Source of the DNA: Hemiscyllium ocellatum
Lineage: Eukaryota
Assembly: GCF_020745735.1 (NCBI RefSeq)
Contig: NC_083420.1
Coordinates: forward strand, 46,381,931 to 46,445,930
Direction: 5' to 3'
Length of the DNA stretch: 64,000 bases
Position numbers and translations under genes: made by a program. Of the stretch, positions 1 to 13,086 are shown one piece after another. The notes below the pieces were generated by a model. The model was not told the origin of the DNA and did no database searches. It saw nothing but the letters and a program-made list of their open reading frames with translations. Positions within the stretch are counted from its first letter, which is position 1. Each line of letters begins with the position of its first letter.

Positions 1-610
1 ACACTCCTGACTTGTGTCTTGTGGATGGTGGACAGCCTTTGAAGTGTCAGGAGGTCAACTACCAGCTGTGGAATTCCTGGCTTCTGACCGGTTCTTGTAG
101 CCATACATTTATATAGCTAGTCCAGTTCAGTCACCAGCTGTCTCAAGGGTGTTTAAAGGTAGGGACACTGGAGAGAAATCAGCAATGGTAAAGCCATTGA
201 ATGACAAAGGGCAGTAATTAGATTCTCTCTTGTTGGAAACAGTCATTGCCTAGTATATTTTTTGCACGAATGTTTCTTGCCATTTGTCAGACCAAGCTTC
301 AATGTTGTCCGGGTATTACTGCTTTTGGACATAAACCACTTCAGTTTCTGAGGAGTCACACAAAGTGCTGAACATTGTGCAGTCATTAGCATACACCTGA
401 CTTTATGATGGACAGAAGGTCATTGATGAAGTAGCTGAAAATGGTTGTGCCTAGAACACTAACATTGCGAAACTTCTGCAGAGAACTACTGAAGCTGAAA
501 CAACTGAACACTCCAGCAACTACAATCTTGATATGACTCCAACCTGTGAAGACATTCCCCCCTCCACCAATACCCAGCAATTCTAGTTTTTTTGTCACGC
601 TCCTTAATGC
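1..610 (-). mobile_element. Decayed CR1-clade LINE reverse transcriptase fragment (older family)
   Basis: The minus-strand translation SVLGTTIFSYFINDLLSIIKS..ANDCT matches the CR1 RT motif GVPQGSVLGP..F..FINDL...FADD, with frameshifts. Confidence 0.75.
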
Positions 611-1295
611 CCGCCTCAATCATATATACAAATATATGATGTCAAAGTTAGCTCTTCTTACCGCCTGTTACATAATGATACGCATTTTCAAAATGCTTTC
701 AATAATATTTTATTTTTCCTAGTATAAACTTACTGCCAGTTAATAACTGAAAGAAAGCCTGTATTATATTCACCATGAGTAATATCAGTATTAAAGAACA
801 ATGATTATGGAAACAATAACAGAGGGCTAAAAAGGTTTCTGTTTTAAATTCCGACATATTAGATTCCCTGTCACGTTAAAAGTACCATACTTAGAGGGAA
901 AGTTGAGAGACATATCAGTTTATACTTCTCCATTGGTGGTTTTGTTGCACAAACAATGTGCCATTCTAAATGCCTCTACAGTTGCTTCAGCAGTTAATCC
1001 ATACTGGAGAACAATAGAGTTTTCACATTTGCTGTCTTTGTGTCAATACCCATGCACCAGGTGCTACAGAACAAATGACAATCAAGGTTGTGAAATGTAC
1101 TTTTCCAAAAACTCCAGAGGTCTGCCAAAGGACGTGTTGATTAATTTGCAGTTTGTAAGCATGACAATTATATATGAAGGTAATGTCACTGCAAAAATCA
1201 AGGGTGTTCACTGTATCAAAGTTGTCCATTGTGTTTTCCTATAAATGTCATCTAGTCTTCTGTCAAGCTTCTGCTGCCCCGTGCCTTTTACTATT

Positions 1296-3690
1296 AGAAT
1301 CGTAGAGATATACAGACCCTTCAGTCCAACTCGACCATGCTGACCAGATTATCCTAACCTAATCTTGTCCCATTTGCCAGCACTTGGCCCATATTTCTCT
1401 AAACACTTTCTATTCATATACCTACCCAGATGTCTTTTAAATATCGCAATTGTACCAGTCTCCACCACTTCCTCTGGCAGCTCATTCCATACACGCACCA
1501 CCCTCTGTGAAAAACTTGCTCCTTAGAATCCTTTTAGATTCTTCCCCTCTCATGCTAAACCTACGTCCTCTCGTTCTGGACTCCCCCATCCCAAGGGAAA
1601 AGGCCTTGTCTATCTACCTTATCCATGTACCTTACCATTTTATAAACCTTTATAAGGTCCACCTCTCAGCCTACAATTATTCAGGTAAAACAGCCCCAGT
1701 CAATTCAGCCTCTCCCTTTTAGCTCAAAACCTCCAATGCTGGCAACATTCTTGGAAATCCTTTCTGAACCCTTTCAAGTTTCACAACATCATTCCAATAG
1801 AAGGGAGACCAGAACTACACACAATATTCCAAAAGTATCCTAAGCAATATCCTGTACAGCTGCAACATGACCTCCTAACTCCTATATTCAATGCTCTGAC
1901 CAATAAAAGAAAGCAAACCAAATTCCTTGTTCATTATCCTATCTACCTGTGACTCCACTTTTAAGGGACTATGAACCTGCACTCCAAGGTTTCTTTGTTC
2001 AACAATACACAGCAAGACCTTACCATTAAGTATATAAGTCCTGCTCTGATTTGCTTTTCCAAAATGCAGCACCTCCCATTTATCTAAATTGTGGGCGGCA
2101 CGGTGGCACAGTGGTTAGCACTGCTGTCTCACAGCGCCTGAGACCCGAGTTCAATTCCTGACTCAGGCGACTGACTGTGTGGAGTTTGCACGTTCTCCCC
2201 GTGTCTGCGTGGGTTTCCTCCGGGTGCTCCGGTTTCCTCCCACGGTCCAAAGATGTGCGGGTCAGGTGAATTCAGGTGAATTGGCCATGCTAAATTGCCC
2301 GTAGTGTTAGGTAAGGGGTAAATGTAGGGGTATGGGTGGGTTGCGCTTCGGCGGGTCGGTGTGGACTTGTTGGGCCGAAGGGCCTGTTTCCACACTGTAA
2401 GTAATCTAATCTAAAAAAAACTCCATCAGCCTTCTCAGCCCATTGACCCATCTGATCAAGATCCCATTGTACTGAGGTAACCTTCTTAGCTATCCACTAC
2501 ACCTCCAGTTTTGGTGTCGTCTGCAAACTTACTAACTGTACTTCCAATGTTCACATCCAAATCATTTATATAAATTACAAAATGCAGTGGACCCAGCATC
2601 AATCCTTGTGGCACGCCAGTGGCCACAGGTCTCCAGTCTGAAAGGGAGCCCTGCATCACCACCTCCCATCTTCAACCTTTGAGCGAGTTCTGTATCCAAA
2701 TGGCTAGTTCTCCCTGTATTCCATGAGATCTAACCTTACCAGTATCCCATGAGGAACCTTGTCGAAGCCTTACTGAAGTCCATACAGATCATGTCTACCA
2801 CTCTGCCCTGATCAATCCTCTTTGTTACTTTTTCAAAAAAACTCAAGTTCATGAAACATGACTTCCAACACATAAAACCATGGTGACTCTCCCAAATCAG
2901 TCCTTGCCTTTCCAAATACACTTAAATTCTGTCCCTCAGGATTCTGTCCAACAACTTGCCCACCACCGATGTCACACTCACCGGTCTATAGTTCCCTGGC
3001 TTGTCCTTACCACCTTTCTTAATAGTGGCACCAACAACTATTAGCCAACCTCCAGTCATCCGACACCACACCTGTGACTATCAATGATGCAAATATCTCA
3101 GCAAAGGGCCCAGGAATCACTTCCCTAGCTTCCCACAGATTTCTAGAGTACACCTGATGAGGTACTAGGAAATTATCCACCTTTATGCATTTAAGATATC
3201 CAGCACGATCTCCTCTGTAATCTGGGCATTTTTCAAGATATCACATTTATTTTCCCACATTCTATATCTTATATGTCCTTCTCCACAGTAAACACTGTGC
3301 ATAATACTCATTTAGTATCTCCCCTGTCTCATGAGATTCCACACATAGCTGCCTTGCTGATTTTGAGGTGCCCTATTCTCTCCCTAGGTACCCTTTTGTC
3401 CTTAATGCATTTGTGGAATCCCTTTGGATTCTCCTTAATTCTATTTGCCAAAGCTATCTCATGTCCCAATTTTGCCCTCCTGATTTCCCTCTTAAGTATA
3501 CTCCTCCTACCTTTGTACTCTTCTAAGGATTCACTCAATCTCTGCTGTCTACATCTGACATGTGCTTCCTTCTTTTTCTTAACAAAACCTCAATTTCTCC
3601 AGTCAACCAGCATTCCCTACATCTACCAGCCTTGCTCTTCACCCTAACAGGAACATATTGTGTCTGGGCTCTTGTTACCTCATTTTTGAA
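1296..3690 (-). mobile_element. CR1 LINE (HER1-like), 5'-truncated, interrupted by a SINE
   Basis: Minus-strand fragments LHFGKANQSRTYILNGK, ICMDFSKA and ANRIKENPKGF are CR1 ORF2-like. The 3' tail is at about 1300. Confidence 0.9.
2093..2420 (+). mobile_element. tRNA-derived V-SINE (HE1-like), young copy
   Basis: A box TGGCACAGTGG, B box AGTTCAATTCC, V-domain TGTGTGGAGTTTGCACGTTCTCCCCGTGTCTGCGTGGGTTTCCTCCGGG, CR1-like tail and (ATCTA)n end. It has an internal 10-bp tandem duplication CAGGTGAATT. Confidence 0.92.
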
Positions 3691-4299
3691 TCTTCCTTGA
3701 AAATCACTTTCTAAAGGACAACCAGGATGGGCAGTAAAATATTGGTCTTACTAGCAAAACATACATCCCATAAACACATAAAATAAATAAAGTACAGAAT
3801 TTGAGAGACTTTTGTCAGAAAATTGCAGGAATTCTTTCTTAAAAGCTGAAGTTTTTTTTCCAAAAATGTGTTCATGGGTACGTGTGTTGTTGGCAAAGCC
3901 AACATTTCTTTCCATCTATGACTGCCCTTAAAATGTTGATGCTGTGACACCTTAACAACTCAGTGGCTTATTAGGCCATTTCAGAGGGCAGTTTAGAGCT
4001 AATCTCATTGCTACAGTGCTCAAGTTGCAAAGAGATCAGGAGAAGGACAGAAGATTTGCTTACTGGAAAGAATGTCGGGTAACCAGATGTGTTTTACAAC
4101 AATTTGGTGGTTGCATGACCATCATGGTATGGTTTGGTGCTGGCTTTTTATTCTGAATGTTTAGTTAATTATCTTAACGTAACATCCCTAGCTTCCATAG
4201 TGTGATGTGAATTCAGATCTTCAGATCATTAGTCTGCATTATTAACTCAACAATACAAACATGGTCTACTATTCCCAAAACCCTGTTCAGCGACTGAGA

Positions 4300-5900
4300 C
4301 CTCCACATTTAATCACCTCCATGCAAAAATAATTAGTTCAGAATTTTAAGTTTATGGGCCATTATGACTTACCTTGAACAAAAATATCATGAATGAACTG
4401 CATTCACTCGAAGTTCCTGAATCCAATAATACATGGATCTGGTTATTGTAAGACATATGACAGACTGGAGAGCATTTGGTCTTTACTAAACCAAATCTGA
4501 GCATTTTCTCTTGATGTATGAGATGTTAGCTAGACCAAAACTGGAAAATTCAGACCAATTTCTATTAACTTCTGTCACTTAAGAGTGGATATGTGCTTTT
4601 GTAAAGCAAATCAACAACCTAATCGAAGAGTGTTACATGTTAAATTCCAATAAATGTCCTCCCCTAGGAAGAAGATTTGGAAGGTCCAAAGGATTTTCAA
4701 ACTGTAACTCAACTACTTATACATCCTTTGAGGGCAATGGTTATGTTATTACAACATTGCAGCTGGAAATTTCTGGCACGTGAAATTGAATTATAGAATC
4801 ATGTCAGTGCATAAATGGAATCATTATCATCACATTGGGCTAATTTATTCCAAGTGTTGATGTTACAATTTAAGCACTTTACTTGGAAGCTCAATGATTA
4901 AAACCTTATTTCCATACTTGGTGAGAATAGGAGGCCAAAGGAACACCAAAATCAAGAACAGACTCTTTGATTTGCAGCATTGAATTCACTTACACAGCTA
5001 AAAAGATACGTACGGCAGCCCTAAAGCTTTCTTCACTTGGAAACCATTACTAAAAGTTACTGGAGTCGGAATTGGAGACTATGGCACAACAAGGTTGGAA
5101 GTGTAATTAAATCCTTATATTAGTTCTTGGTAACCACAGGATTTCCTGTGAAAGTTGTCCATTACTTGAAACTTGACTAACATTTTATTAAAGATTTACA
5201 ACTTTTTCATTGCTGGCCCAAATTTCTCACTGATTGACTTCGGAATTAAACCCTGAGCTACTCCAACATGTGAACCTATCAGACGGATCTGACAATACCT
5301 GAAGGCATATCCCAACTGTGGAGCGATACATGACTTAGCAACAACATAACATCAAACTTCTAATTTATAGGAAGCAAAAGCTTGGTACTGAGGCTGAATT
5401 TTTCAATGAGCATGCATAAGAGGTGACATCAACAGAAACACAACATATATTCAGTTTTTCCATCAACCAGGTGGCCGACCTGAATATAAACCTAATTTGA
5501 TAATAAAATCTATCCAGACCTGTCCATGAAAACCAGTATTCCATTTGTCCAGTATGAAGTGTGTAATTTATCATGAGAATAGCCTATTTATTTACGCAAG
5601 CAAAGAAAACAAGTTGTCAAAAGTTGGGTATCGATGTCCTTCCTAAGGATTGGGGTTACTGATGGAATTTAATACACTATACCAGGTAATTTACCAGTTT
5701 TGAGTATTCTTGTAAGTGTTCTGGTATGTGTCCTCTGCTTATACAAGAATCATCCAACCCATTAAATTCTTATTTGGTGGCAATGACCTAATCTAAATGG
5801 TGCTTCTCTAGATATCAGCAACGGTGGTCAATCATGACCAACTGTCTGAGTATGACACACTTGCCTGGTTTATCCTACCACATAGCAAAGTGATTTTAAA
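4300..5900 (+). mobile_element. Highly decayed DIRS-like retrotransposon, RNase H/tyrosine recombinase region
   Basis: Collinear degenerate motifs across frameshifts: RVDMCFCKAN (cf. VDLFAS..N), KPNLIIK/HENQ (cf. P.FLPK..FH.NQ), ICPV*SV at 5543-5563 (cf. LCPVRAL), W-VTDGI at about 5651, and HPT...WW...NGASLDI at 5751-5816 (cf. HSTR...SWA...GASL.DI). Recognised by eye only. Confidence 0.5.
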
Positions 5901-7283
5901 AATATTCCATTTCACTAAAGATTCACACCGCCGTAAAATCAAGCCTTACTCCTGGGCTTAAGCACATAACTTAATTCAGCAAGGGAGACCTGTCTCATCA
6001 GAATGTCTTTTAGCTGATATACCAAAACAATCTGTTCCAGTAATGTCACCAAAACAAAATGGCACTATCCAAACTATGTGGACAGTGGGAACACATGTAT
6101 GTTGTCACTATACTTCCCATCAATATTGTTACTGCATTTCACATTCGTGAATTAAATATTCCACAAGTTCAAAGCAGAAGTACCTTTTACAGAGAAACCG
6201 TACCGTCTATGGACCAAAATTTAATCTTATCCACAAACTGACTTGGGCAAAGTGCCATCAGATGAATGATGAATCTCTTCTCTTTTGAGAAAGGCACTAG
6301 AAACAATGCACAGTGAATCAAGTGCTTCTAGACTCTGAACAGGTTGGAAACATTCTGCCAACAAACTAAAGAGTACAGGCTAAAAAATATGAATCAAATT
6401 TATTAAAGAATAAAGTTATTTAAGATCTGCAGAAATGGGGGCAAACTAAATTGTAACATATCACAACTTTACACCACCTGCTATAAAATAAATCAGTATT
6501 TTTCAGTGACAATGGTCAAGTAAAGAACAGATTTAAAAGTCACTTAATGGATTATATGCTCCCTCCAAAAGGCAGGGAATGGAATTTCACTACAAACTGA
6601 TATAAGTACAGTATGCAATAGAGACCATTATATAAAATTGATCCTGGCAGTTCTACATTTACAGAATTGTGGATTGACTTCAGCATTCTTTTCACTCTTC
6701 AAGCCAGGAAAAGGCATTCAGAAAGTTTGTGGCTCTTCTAGATCATGGAGAAATTAGCCTCAGGGAAAATCAGGCAGTATCTTAATATAATCACCGTTGT
6801 GAGAATAAAAAAATGTTACTGTTATTTGTATCAAGGTAGAGTGAAAAGTGTTTTCTTAAGTCCTTTAAGGTAGGTTGCACGATACAAGTAGATCAGGGTA
6901 ACAGAGCAGCGTGCAGGCTACGACGTTAGTGGTGTGAAGAAGGTGCAGAGCAATCATTATCAACATTAAAGAGAACAAATCAAAGGTCTGGTAACAGCGA
7001 GGAAGAAGCTGTTGTCGAATCTGTTCGTATGTGCATACAAAATTTTACATCTGCTGGACAGAATAAAGTGGGAGTATAAACTGAAGTATGCACGAAATAG
7101 AGGATGGAAACACAGCAAAAATATAAAATCCTACTGATGCGTGACATCTCCACACCCTAAAGATACCAAAAATAACGACCCTGCTACTGAGCAGGAAGGC
7201 TTTCACTGACAGAAGGAGCCGCGTTCATGGGGACCCCAGAGGCTCGAGACCGCCTCGCCTGGGGCTGGCCTTCTACCACCCAC

Positions 7284-7400
7284 CTGGTCTCTGCTCCTTT
7301 TCTTTCTTTTCGCCTTGGCTACATCCGGCTGCATCTCAGAAGTTGGCTCCTCTCCTTGTGAGTCCTGGGTGTCCGACCTCCTTCTCTTCCCTTTAGCCAT
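7284..7400 (-). CDS. Probable first coding exon of an unidentified gene (MAKGKRRRSDTQDSQGEEPTSEMQPDVAKAKRKKRSRDQ)
   Basis: Strong Kozak GCCATGG, 39 codons ending at a CAG|GTGGGT donor (phase 0), CpG-rich setting and two basic NLS-like clusters. No downstream exons were confidently found. Confidence 0.6.
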
Positions 7401-7810
7401 GGCACGGAATGAGCGTTGGTGTTTCTTTTCTCCACTGCCGTCCCCCTCTCACTCGGAGATGCACAGCCGGCCGGCGGTTGAGCGTTTGAACCCAACTGAA
7501 ATTCTGCAGCTGACAGCTCCGGCACGAACACACGTGGGCTCTCAGATCAACCGAACGCGACTGCCGCAGATCGCCCACCTCCTGCGCGACAGCATTGGCC
7601 CAATCTCTTCATCTCGCCTCTCTACTGGCTCTGGCTGCCGTCCGTCAAATGGCCGCAGGGGCAGCAGCAGCAGCACGTTTGGTTGACGTTCCAAGCACCT
7701 GCGCATGCGCTCCCCCGATGCTCTGGTTGGAAATGTCAGTGCAGCTAAATTTCTGTGCACAGGGTGAATTAAAGTTGCTTTAAATGTTCCTCTCCCCCGG
7801 CCCAAGATCC
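7400..7810 (-). promoter_or_regulatory. CpG-rich promoter with NRF1 site
   Basis: Local CpG enrichment against a CpG-poor background. TGCGCATGCGC (NRF1 consensus) at about 7700-7710, and ATTGG/CCAAT at about 7594-7604. Confidence 0.65.
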
Positions 7811-8084
7811 AGGGTATCTGAAAGATGGCTAGAGTGGCTACGTTTTCTGAACCGAATCTAATGGCAGATGGAAGCAGAAGTGGCTACGCAGAAAATACAG
7901 CAGAGTATGCTTTAACATAAAGTCACGGAGATGTATAGCACAGAAATAGACCCTTCGGTCCAACTAATCCATGCCGAACAGATATCTAAAACCAATCTAC
8001 TGTAATTCCATTTGCCAGCACTTAGCCCATGTCCCTGTAAACCCTTCCTATTCATATAACCATCCAGATGCCTTTTAAATGTTG

Positions 8085-8197
8085 AGTGTGTGGTGCTGAA
8101 AAAGCACAGCAGATCATGAGATAAAACGTTGAGAGTGTGGTGTTTTTCCAGCACCAAACTCTCCACTCTAATCTCCAGCATCTGCAGTCCTCACTTT
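8085..8197 (+). mobile_element. Short Penelope family-A terminal fragment with internal inversion
   Basis: 16-bp TSD TGCCTTTTAAATGTTG (8069-8084, 8198-8213). It ends in CTCCAGCATCTGCAGTCCTCACTTT, like the family-A 3' end at 36221. Confidence 0.75.
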
Positions 8198-8564
8198 TGC
8201 CTTTTAAATGTTGTCATTGTATCAGTCTCCACTTCTTCTGGCAGCTCATTCTGTACATGCACCACCTCTGTTTGAAGAAGTTTCCCCTTAGGTTCCTTTA
8301 AATCTTTCCCTTCTCACCTTAAACCTATGCCCTCAGGTTCTGGATTCCCTCACCCCAGGGAAAAGTCCTTGTCTATTCGTCCTATCCATGCCTGTCATGA
8401 TTTTATAAACCTTTATAAAGTCACTCCTCAGTCCCCAATGCTCCAGGGAAAACAGCCCCACCCTATTTAGCCTCTCAATATAGCTCAAACCTTCCAACCC
8501 TGGCAACATTCTTGTAAATCTTTTCTGGACCCTTTCAAGTTTCAGAACATCTTTTTGATAGGAG

Positions 8565-8990
8565 TTAAAAATCACACTACACTAGGTTATAGTCCAACAG
8601 GTTTATTTGCAAGTACAAGCTTTCGGAGTGCTGCTCCCTGATCAGACAGCTTGTGGAGTAGGATGACAGGACACAAATTAAAAGCAAACGATAATGGTGT
8701 CATACAATGATGCGATATATTGAATAAACCTAGAGTGTTGTTAAGTCTTCTAAAAGGTGAAAGACTTAGCAGCAATCTAGGTTTGTTCAATATATTGAAT
8801 CAGTGAATGAAACCATTATGATCTTCTGCTATAAATTCTGTGTCCTATGATCGTACTCCATTAGCTACCTGACGAAAGAGCAGCACTCCAAAAGCTTGTA
8901 CTTCCAAATAAATCTATTGGAGTATAACCTGGTATTGGGTGATTTTTAAATTTGTCCACCCAGTCCAGCACTGGCACCTCCACATCATGG
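8565..8990 (+). mobile_element. Fold-back Penelope family-B terminal element with two decayed hammerhead motifs
   Basis: Inverted arms of about 185 bp (about 8565-8749 and 8760-8948) plus an unpaired 3' tail. Hammerhead-like cores at about 8613-8645 (-) and 8866-8901 (+). Confidence 0.8.
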
Positions 8991-9549
8991 TTTCCGATGG
9001 GAGGGAGACCAGAATTACACACAATTTTCCAAAAGTGACCTAATCAATGTCCTGTACAGCTGCAACATAACCTTCCAACTCCTATACTCAATGATCTGAC
9101 CAATAAAGGAAAGCATACATATTCTACAAACTGCTAATATTGCCAGGAATATTTAATTTCAGATATGGGCAATTTTCCTAGCCTGTAAATCTGTATTTAA
9201 TTTTCAACGTTTCTCCTTCCTCACCAGGAATTTTAATCTGTACTCACAAGTCCTGCGTGAACCCTGATTTGAGATCGCTCTTGCAGATCATCACGATGTC
9301 ATGCAATTGTTAACTGCCTTGGAATGACTCACACCAAAGAAGCTCATGAAGTGGAACAGGCTACAATAGAAGAAAAGCCGAATTAAGATATTCCTAAAGG
9401 AAATAGGTAATACAAGAAGATATTTACATCTATATGCATTTCACTAATTTTAAGCTTAATACAGGAGAGAGTGTCACAACGTGATCAATGTGTGTGATGG
9501 ATGAAAAAAATCCTGTTAACAACTGACAGAAGTATACCATATGGTTTGT

Positions 9550-10050
9550 AGAATCACACAGTATAAAAGAGGCTTTCAACCTATTAAGTTGGTACTGCCA
9601 AAAATATATGACAATCTACTCTAGTCCCATTTTCCCATACTGGCCCTTGAATCTTTTGACACTTCAAGTACTCATCCAAGTTCTTTTGATATGTTGTGAG
9701 GTTTCTTGCCTCAATTACCCTCCCAGACAACTCATTCTAGATTCCTATACTTTCTGGATGAAAACATTTTTCCTTATGTCCCCTCTAAACCTCCTGCCTT
9801 CTACTTTAAAATTATGCCCTTTGTATTGACCCCTCAACTAAGGGCAACAGCTATTTTCAATTAATTAAGTTCACACCCCTTCACCTTATACAGTACTATC
9901 AGGGCAGCTGCTCCAAACAAACGACCCAGGCTTGTTTAGCCTATAATATTCCATCCCAGGCAACATCCCCATGAATTTCCATTGCACACCCTCCAGTACA
10001 ATCACTGCACACAGTACTCCAGTTGTAGCCTAACCAATGTTCTGTACAAC
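9550..10050 (-). mobile_element. CR1 LINE 3' fragment (different subfamily)
   Basis: Homologous by eye to the other CR1 3' ends, for example cccctctaaacctcctgcc...ttaaaattatgccc. Confidence 0.7.
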
Positions 10051-10481
10051 TCCAGGTTCAACACTTAAGATAAAAGTATGCTACAAGCAAGTCTTCAACA
10101 CAACTGATGTCAGATGGCAAGAACCCAAATGTACTTCACAGCCAAGAATTGTTATTCTTAAGTATGAATGTGTGTCATCGCCTGAATCTTCTTCAAAAGG
10201 TGGAAGGAGTCAAGCTAGTTAAACTCAAGGAACAACTGGTTCAGGAACAGCCAGGCATGGAACAACTGATAGAAGATTTCATAGTTCTCCTAGACTCAAG
10301 ATGAAACCCAAGTAGAAGAGAGGATCCATTGAGATTAGCTATGTTGCATAAGAAATTTGTGCTATATTGTCAGCAAAATGGAAATCTGTAATTATACTGG
10401 ATTGGCAGAAATGTTTTACGCTAAAATAAAACAGAAAGAATCAGCAAAATTTATGAAAAAAGCACAAACAATCAACAATGT

Positions 10482-10808
10482 GGGCAGCACGGTGGCACAA
10501 TGGTTAGGCACTGCAGCCTCACAGTGCCAGCGACCTGGGTTCAATTCCCGCCTCAGGCGACTGACTGTGTGGAGTTTGCACATTCTCCCTGTGTGTGCGT
10601 GGGTTTCCTCCGGATGCTCCGGTTTCCTCCCACAGTCCAAAAATGTGCAGGTTAGGCGAATTGGCCATGCTAAATTGCCCATAGTGTTAGGTGAAGGGAT
10701 AAATGTAGGGGAATGGGTCTGGGTGGGTTGTGCTTCGGTGAGTTGGCATGGACTTGTTGGGCCGAAGGGCTTGTTTCCACATTGTAAGTAATCTAATCTA
10801 AAAAAAAT
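10482..10808 (+). mobile_element. HE1-like V-SINE
   Basis: A/B boxes, V-domain and (ATCTA)n tail, as in 2093-2420. Confidence 0.92.
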
Positions 10809-11589
10809 ACAGTAAGCCGTATTCTTTTATTTGAGCTACATCTATTTTCAGATGTTGAGAGATTCAGAAGATGCAAGTTCCTAGGAAGAATCCTCAGTGT
10901 TAATGAAAGAGATCATGCCAAGTAATAAGTAATTTTCAATTACACTAGTATGAATAAAGAAGTGAGTATTATTTGTCTCTTCAAAACTACATTTGCCAAC
11001 GGTGAATGAAAGCAACACGCTGAAGAAAACTTCAACACAGGTTTACCAGTACTCTGAAAATTAAAATATCTATTCACACAGATTGAAGACATGGTGCCTA
11101 CAACTCATGGAACCTATTACTGAGAAGGGATGATCAACATCCAAAGACTCAGAATATCGTCAAGAAGTAATTGCCTGGTTCAGACATATAGGAATCTGAA
11201 AAAAGTACCTGTTTCAAGAAGGCAGTCTCCAGTGAAGGAAATTTATTAAACGTTCTCTGAATATTACAATGGAGCATCTGCTGGTTTCAGTCGGAATGCC
11301 AAACTCAGTGAAATAACTCCAAGGCATAAAAGATCCTCAGTTTAAAGACATCTTTAGATTTCCTGCAGTTTTAATCCAGATATCTATCAGTTTTACATGT
11401 CTGAAGAGAAGGCGTTCTGGAAGAATAGTAAAACCACAAGATCTCCTGAATTACTGAATGCCTGAATTTTAAACACCTCTTCTGATCTGACATCACAAGC
11501 TTACTCTCCCTGAATTCTGTCTGCTGGTACATTCTTCTCTCTTCACCACTGTCAGCTATATTGACCCCAGCTTGGCCATTTCTTCCTTC

Positions 11590-12560
11590 AAGAGTGTGGT
11601 ACTGGTAAAGCACAGCAGGTCAGGCAGCATCCAAGAAGAGAAGAATCGACATTTCAGGCATTAGCCGTTCATCAGGAATGAGGCTTGTGGGCTAGGGGCT
11701 GAGACATAAATGAAGGGGGTGGGTGTGGCTGAGGAGAAAGTAGCTGAGAAAGCAATGGATAAGTGAAGGTGGGGGAGGGTGGAACAGATAGATGGGAAAG
11801 ACGATGGGCAGGTCAAGAGGGTAGTGCCGAGTTGGAGGCTTGGGACTGGGATAAGGTGGAGAGGGTGAAATGAGGAAACTGGTGAAATCCACATTAATCC
11901 TGTGTAGTTGCAGTTTCAAAGGTGGAAGATGAGACATTCTTCCTCCAGTTGTCGGATGGTTAAGGTTTGGTGATGGAGGAGGCCCAAGACCTGCATGCCC
12001 TTGGTGGTGTGGGAGGAGGAATTGAAGTATTCAGCTACGGGGCAGTGGGGTTGGTTGGTGCAGGTGTCCCAGAGATGTTCTCTGAAACAATCCGCCAAGT
12101 TAGCATCCTGTCTCCCAGATGTAGAGGAGACCACATCAGGTGCAATTGTAACAGTACATGACCTTTGTGGAAATACAGGTAGATTTCTGTCGAATGTGAA
12201 AGTCCCAGGTGGCCTCGTTCTTCCTTTGATGAAGGAGACCATAGAAAATCCCAGATGGCCTCCTTCTTCAAAGACCGTAAGTTCCGCTCCCATGTGGTCC
12301 ACAATGCCGTCCAGTGCATCTCCTCTACCTCCCACATCTCCAGCCTTGAATCCCACACCTCCCAAAGCAACAAGGACAGGAGACCCCTGGTCCTCATCTT
12401 CCACCCCACCAACTTCTGTAAACATCGGATCATCCTCCACCACTTCTGCCACCTACAAACAGACCCCACTACTAAGGATATATTTCCCTCCCCACTTCTA
12501 TCAGCGTTCCAGAGAGACCATTGCCTCCACGACTGCCTTGTCAGATCCAGAACCTGTCCC
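11590..12560 (-). mobile_element. Penelope-like element family A (Neptune-type) with 5' inversion and hammerhead
   Basis: 11590-12190 (-) encodes GIY-YIG remnants (LADCFREHL..PVAEYFNSSSH..EEECLIF). About 12230-12560 (+) encodes the upstream linker (PLVLIFHP..DIFPSPLLSAFQRD..LVRS). Hammerhead core at about 11645-11680 (-). Confidence 0.85.
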
Positions 12561-13086
12561 CCCACCCCCACCCCCACAATCAGCCCTCACCCCATTTCCG
12601 GCACCACACTCTCGATCTCCACCACTTTCTCCCATTTCCTCCTTCAATCCTTCTCTATTTTGCCTCACCACATTAATTTAACAAGGACAAATGGACTGCC
12701 TTATTTCCCTGTATCATAACCTTGCCTGCATTTTGAAAATATTTCATTGCAGGCACAACCCTTTGGTTTTAATAGCAAAAGAACTTGCACTTATATAAAT
12801 AAAATAGAAAATTCAAACGATACATACATTATTTTGCTTTTCTATTCACCGCATATCAAACCTTTTGACATCTTTGACCAGGTTTTTGGTCACCCTTGTG
12901 TTTTGGACGAACTTTTTAAATTTATTCATTGGATGTGGATGCCCCTGGCTTGACCGGTATTTATTGTCCATCCCTAATTGCTCAGATATCAACTTTTGTT
13001 ATTTTGTTTTAATTCGTATATTCTACATACATCTTTATAGTTTTTCCATTTTAGAGGTGTTATATGGATGTTATTAGATGTATTTG

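Larger units (their letters stand above)
7916..9118 (-). mobile_element. CR1 LINE (HER1-like) 3' fragment with two nested Penelope-derived insertions
   Basis: The minus ORF KLERVQKRFTRMLPGLEGLSY.ERLNRVGLFSLE is the CR1 ORF2 C-terminus. The sequence resumes after the insertions at 8085-8197 and 8565-8990. Confidence 0.9.
9245..11300 (+). mobile_element. Highly decayed DIRS-like ORF1 (gag) region, interrupted by a CR1 fragment and a SINE
   Basis: 9254-9345 reads DHHDV-C-NCLGMTHTKEA across frameshifts (cf. DIRS ORF1 DxHxxCxxCLGxxH). About 11160-11250 reads AW..SDI*ESEKSTCFKKAVSSEG (cf. LWL.LADM.DADK..FLDAPIS..GLFG). Confidence 0.45.

Noticed and set aside
733-746. 13-nt micro-exon candidate (tttcag|TTATTAACTGGCA|gtaagt, minus strand)
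   Set aside because: The splice signals are good, but there is no supporting homology and it cannot be distinguished from chance.
4410-4500. Resemblance to a KDZ/Zisupton transposase motif (+) or a PH-domain end MYYWIQELR (-)
   Set aside because: These are single weak motifs; the collinear DIRS interpretation explains more of the region.
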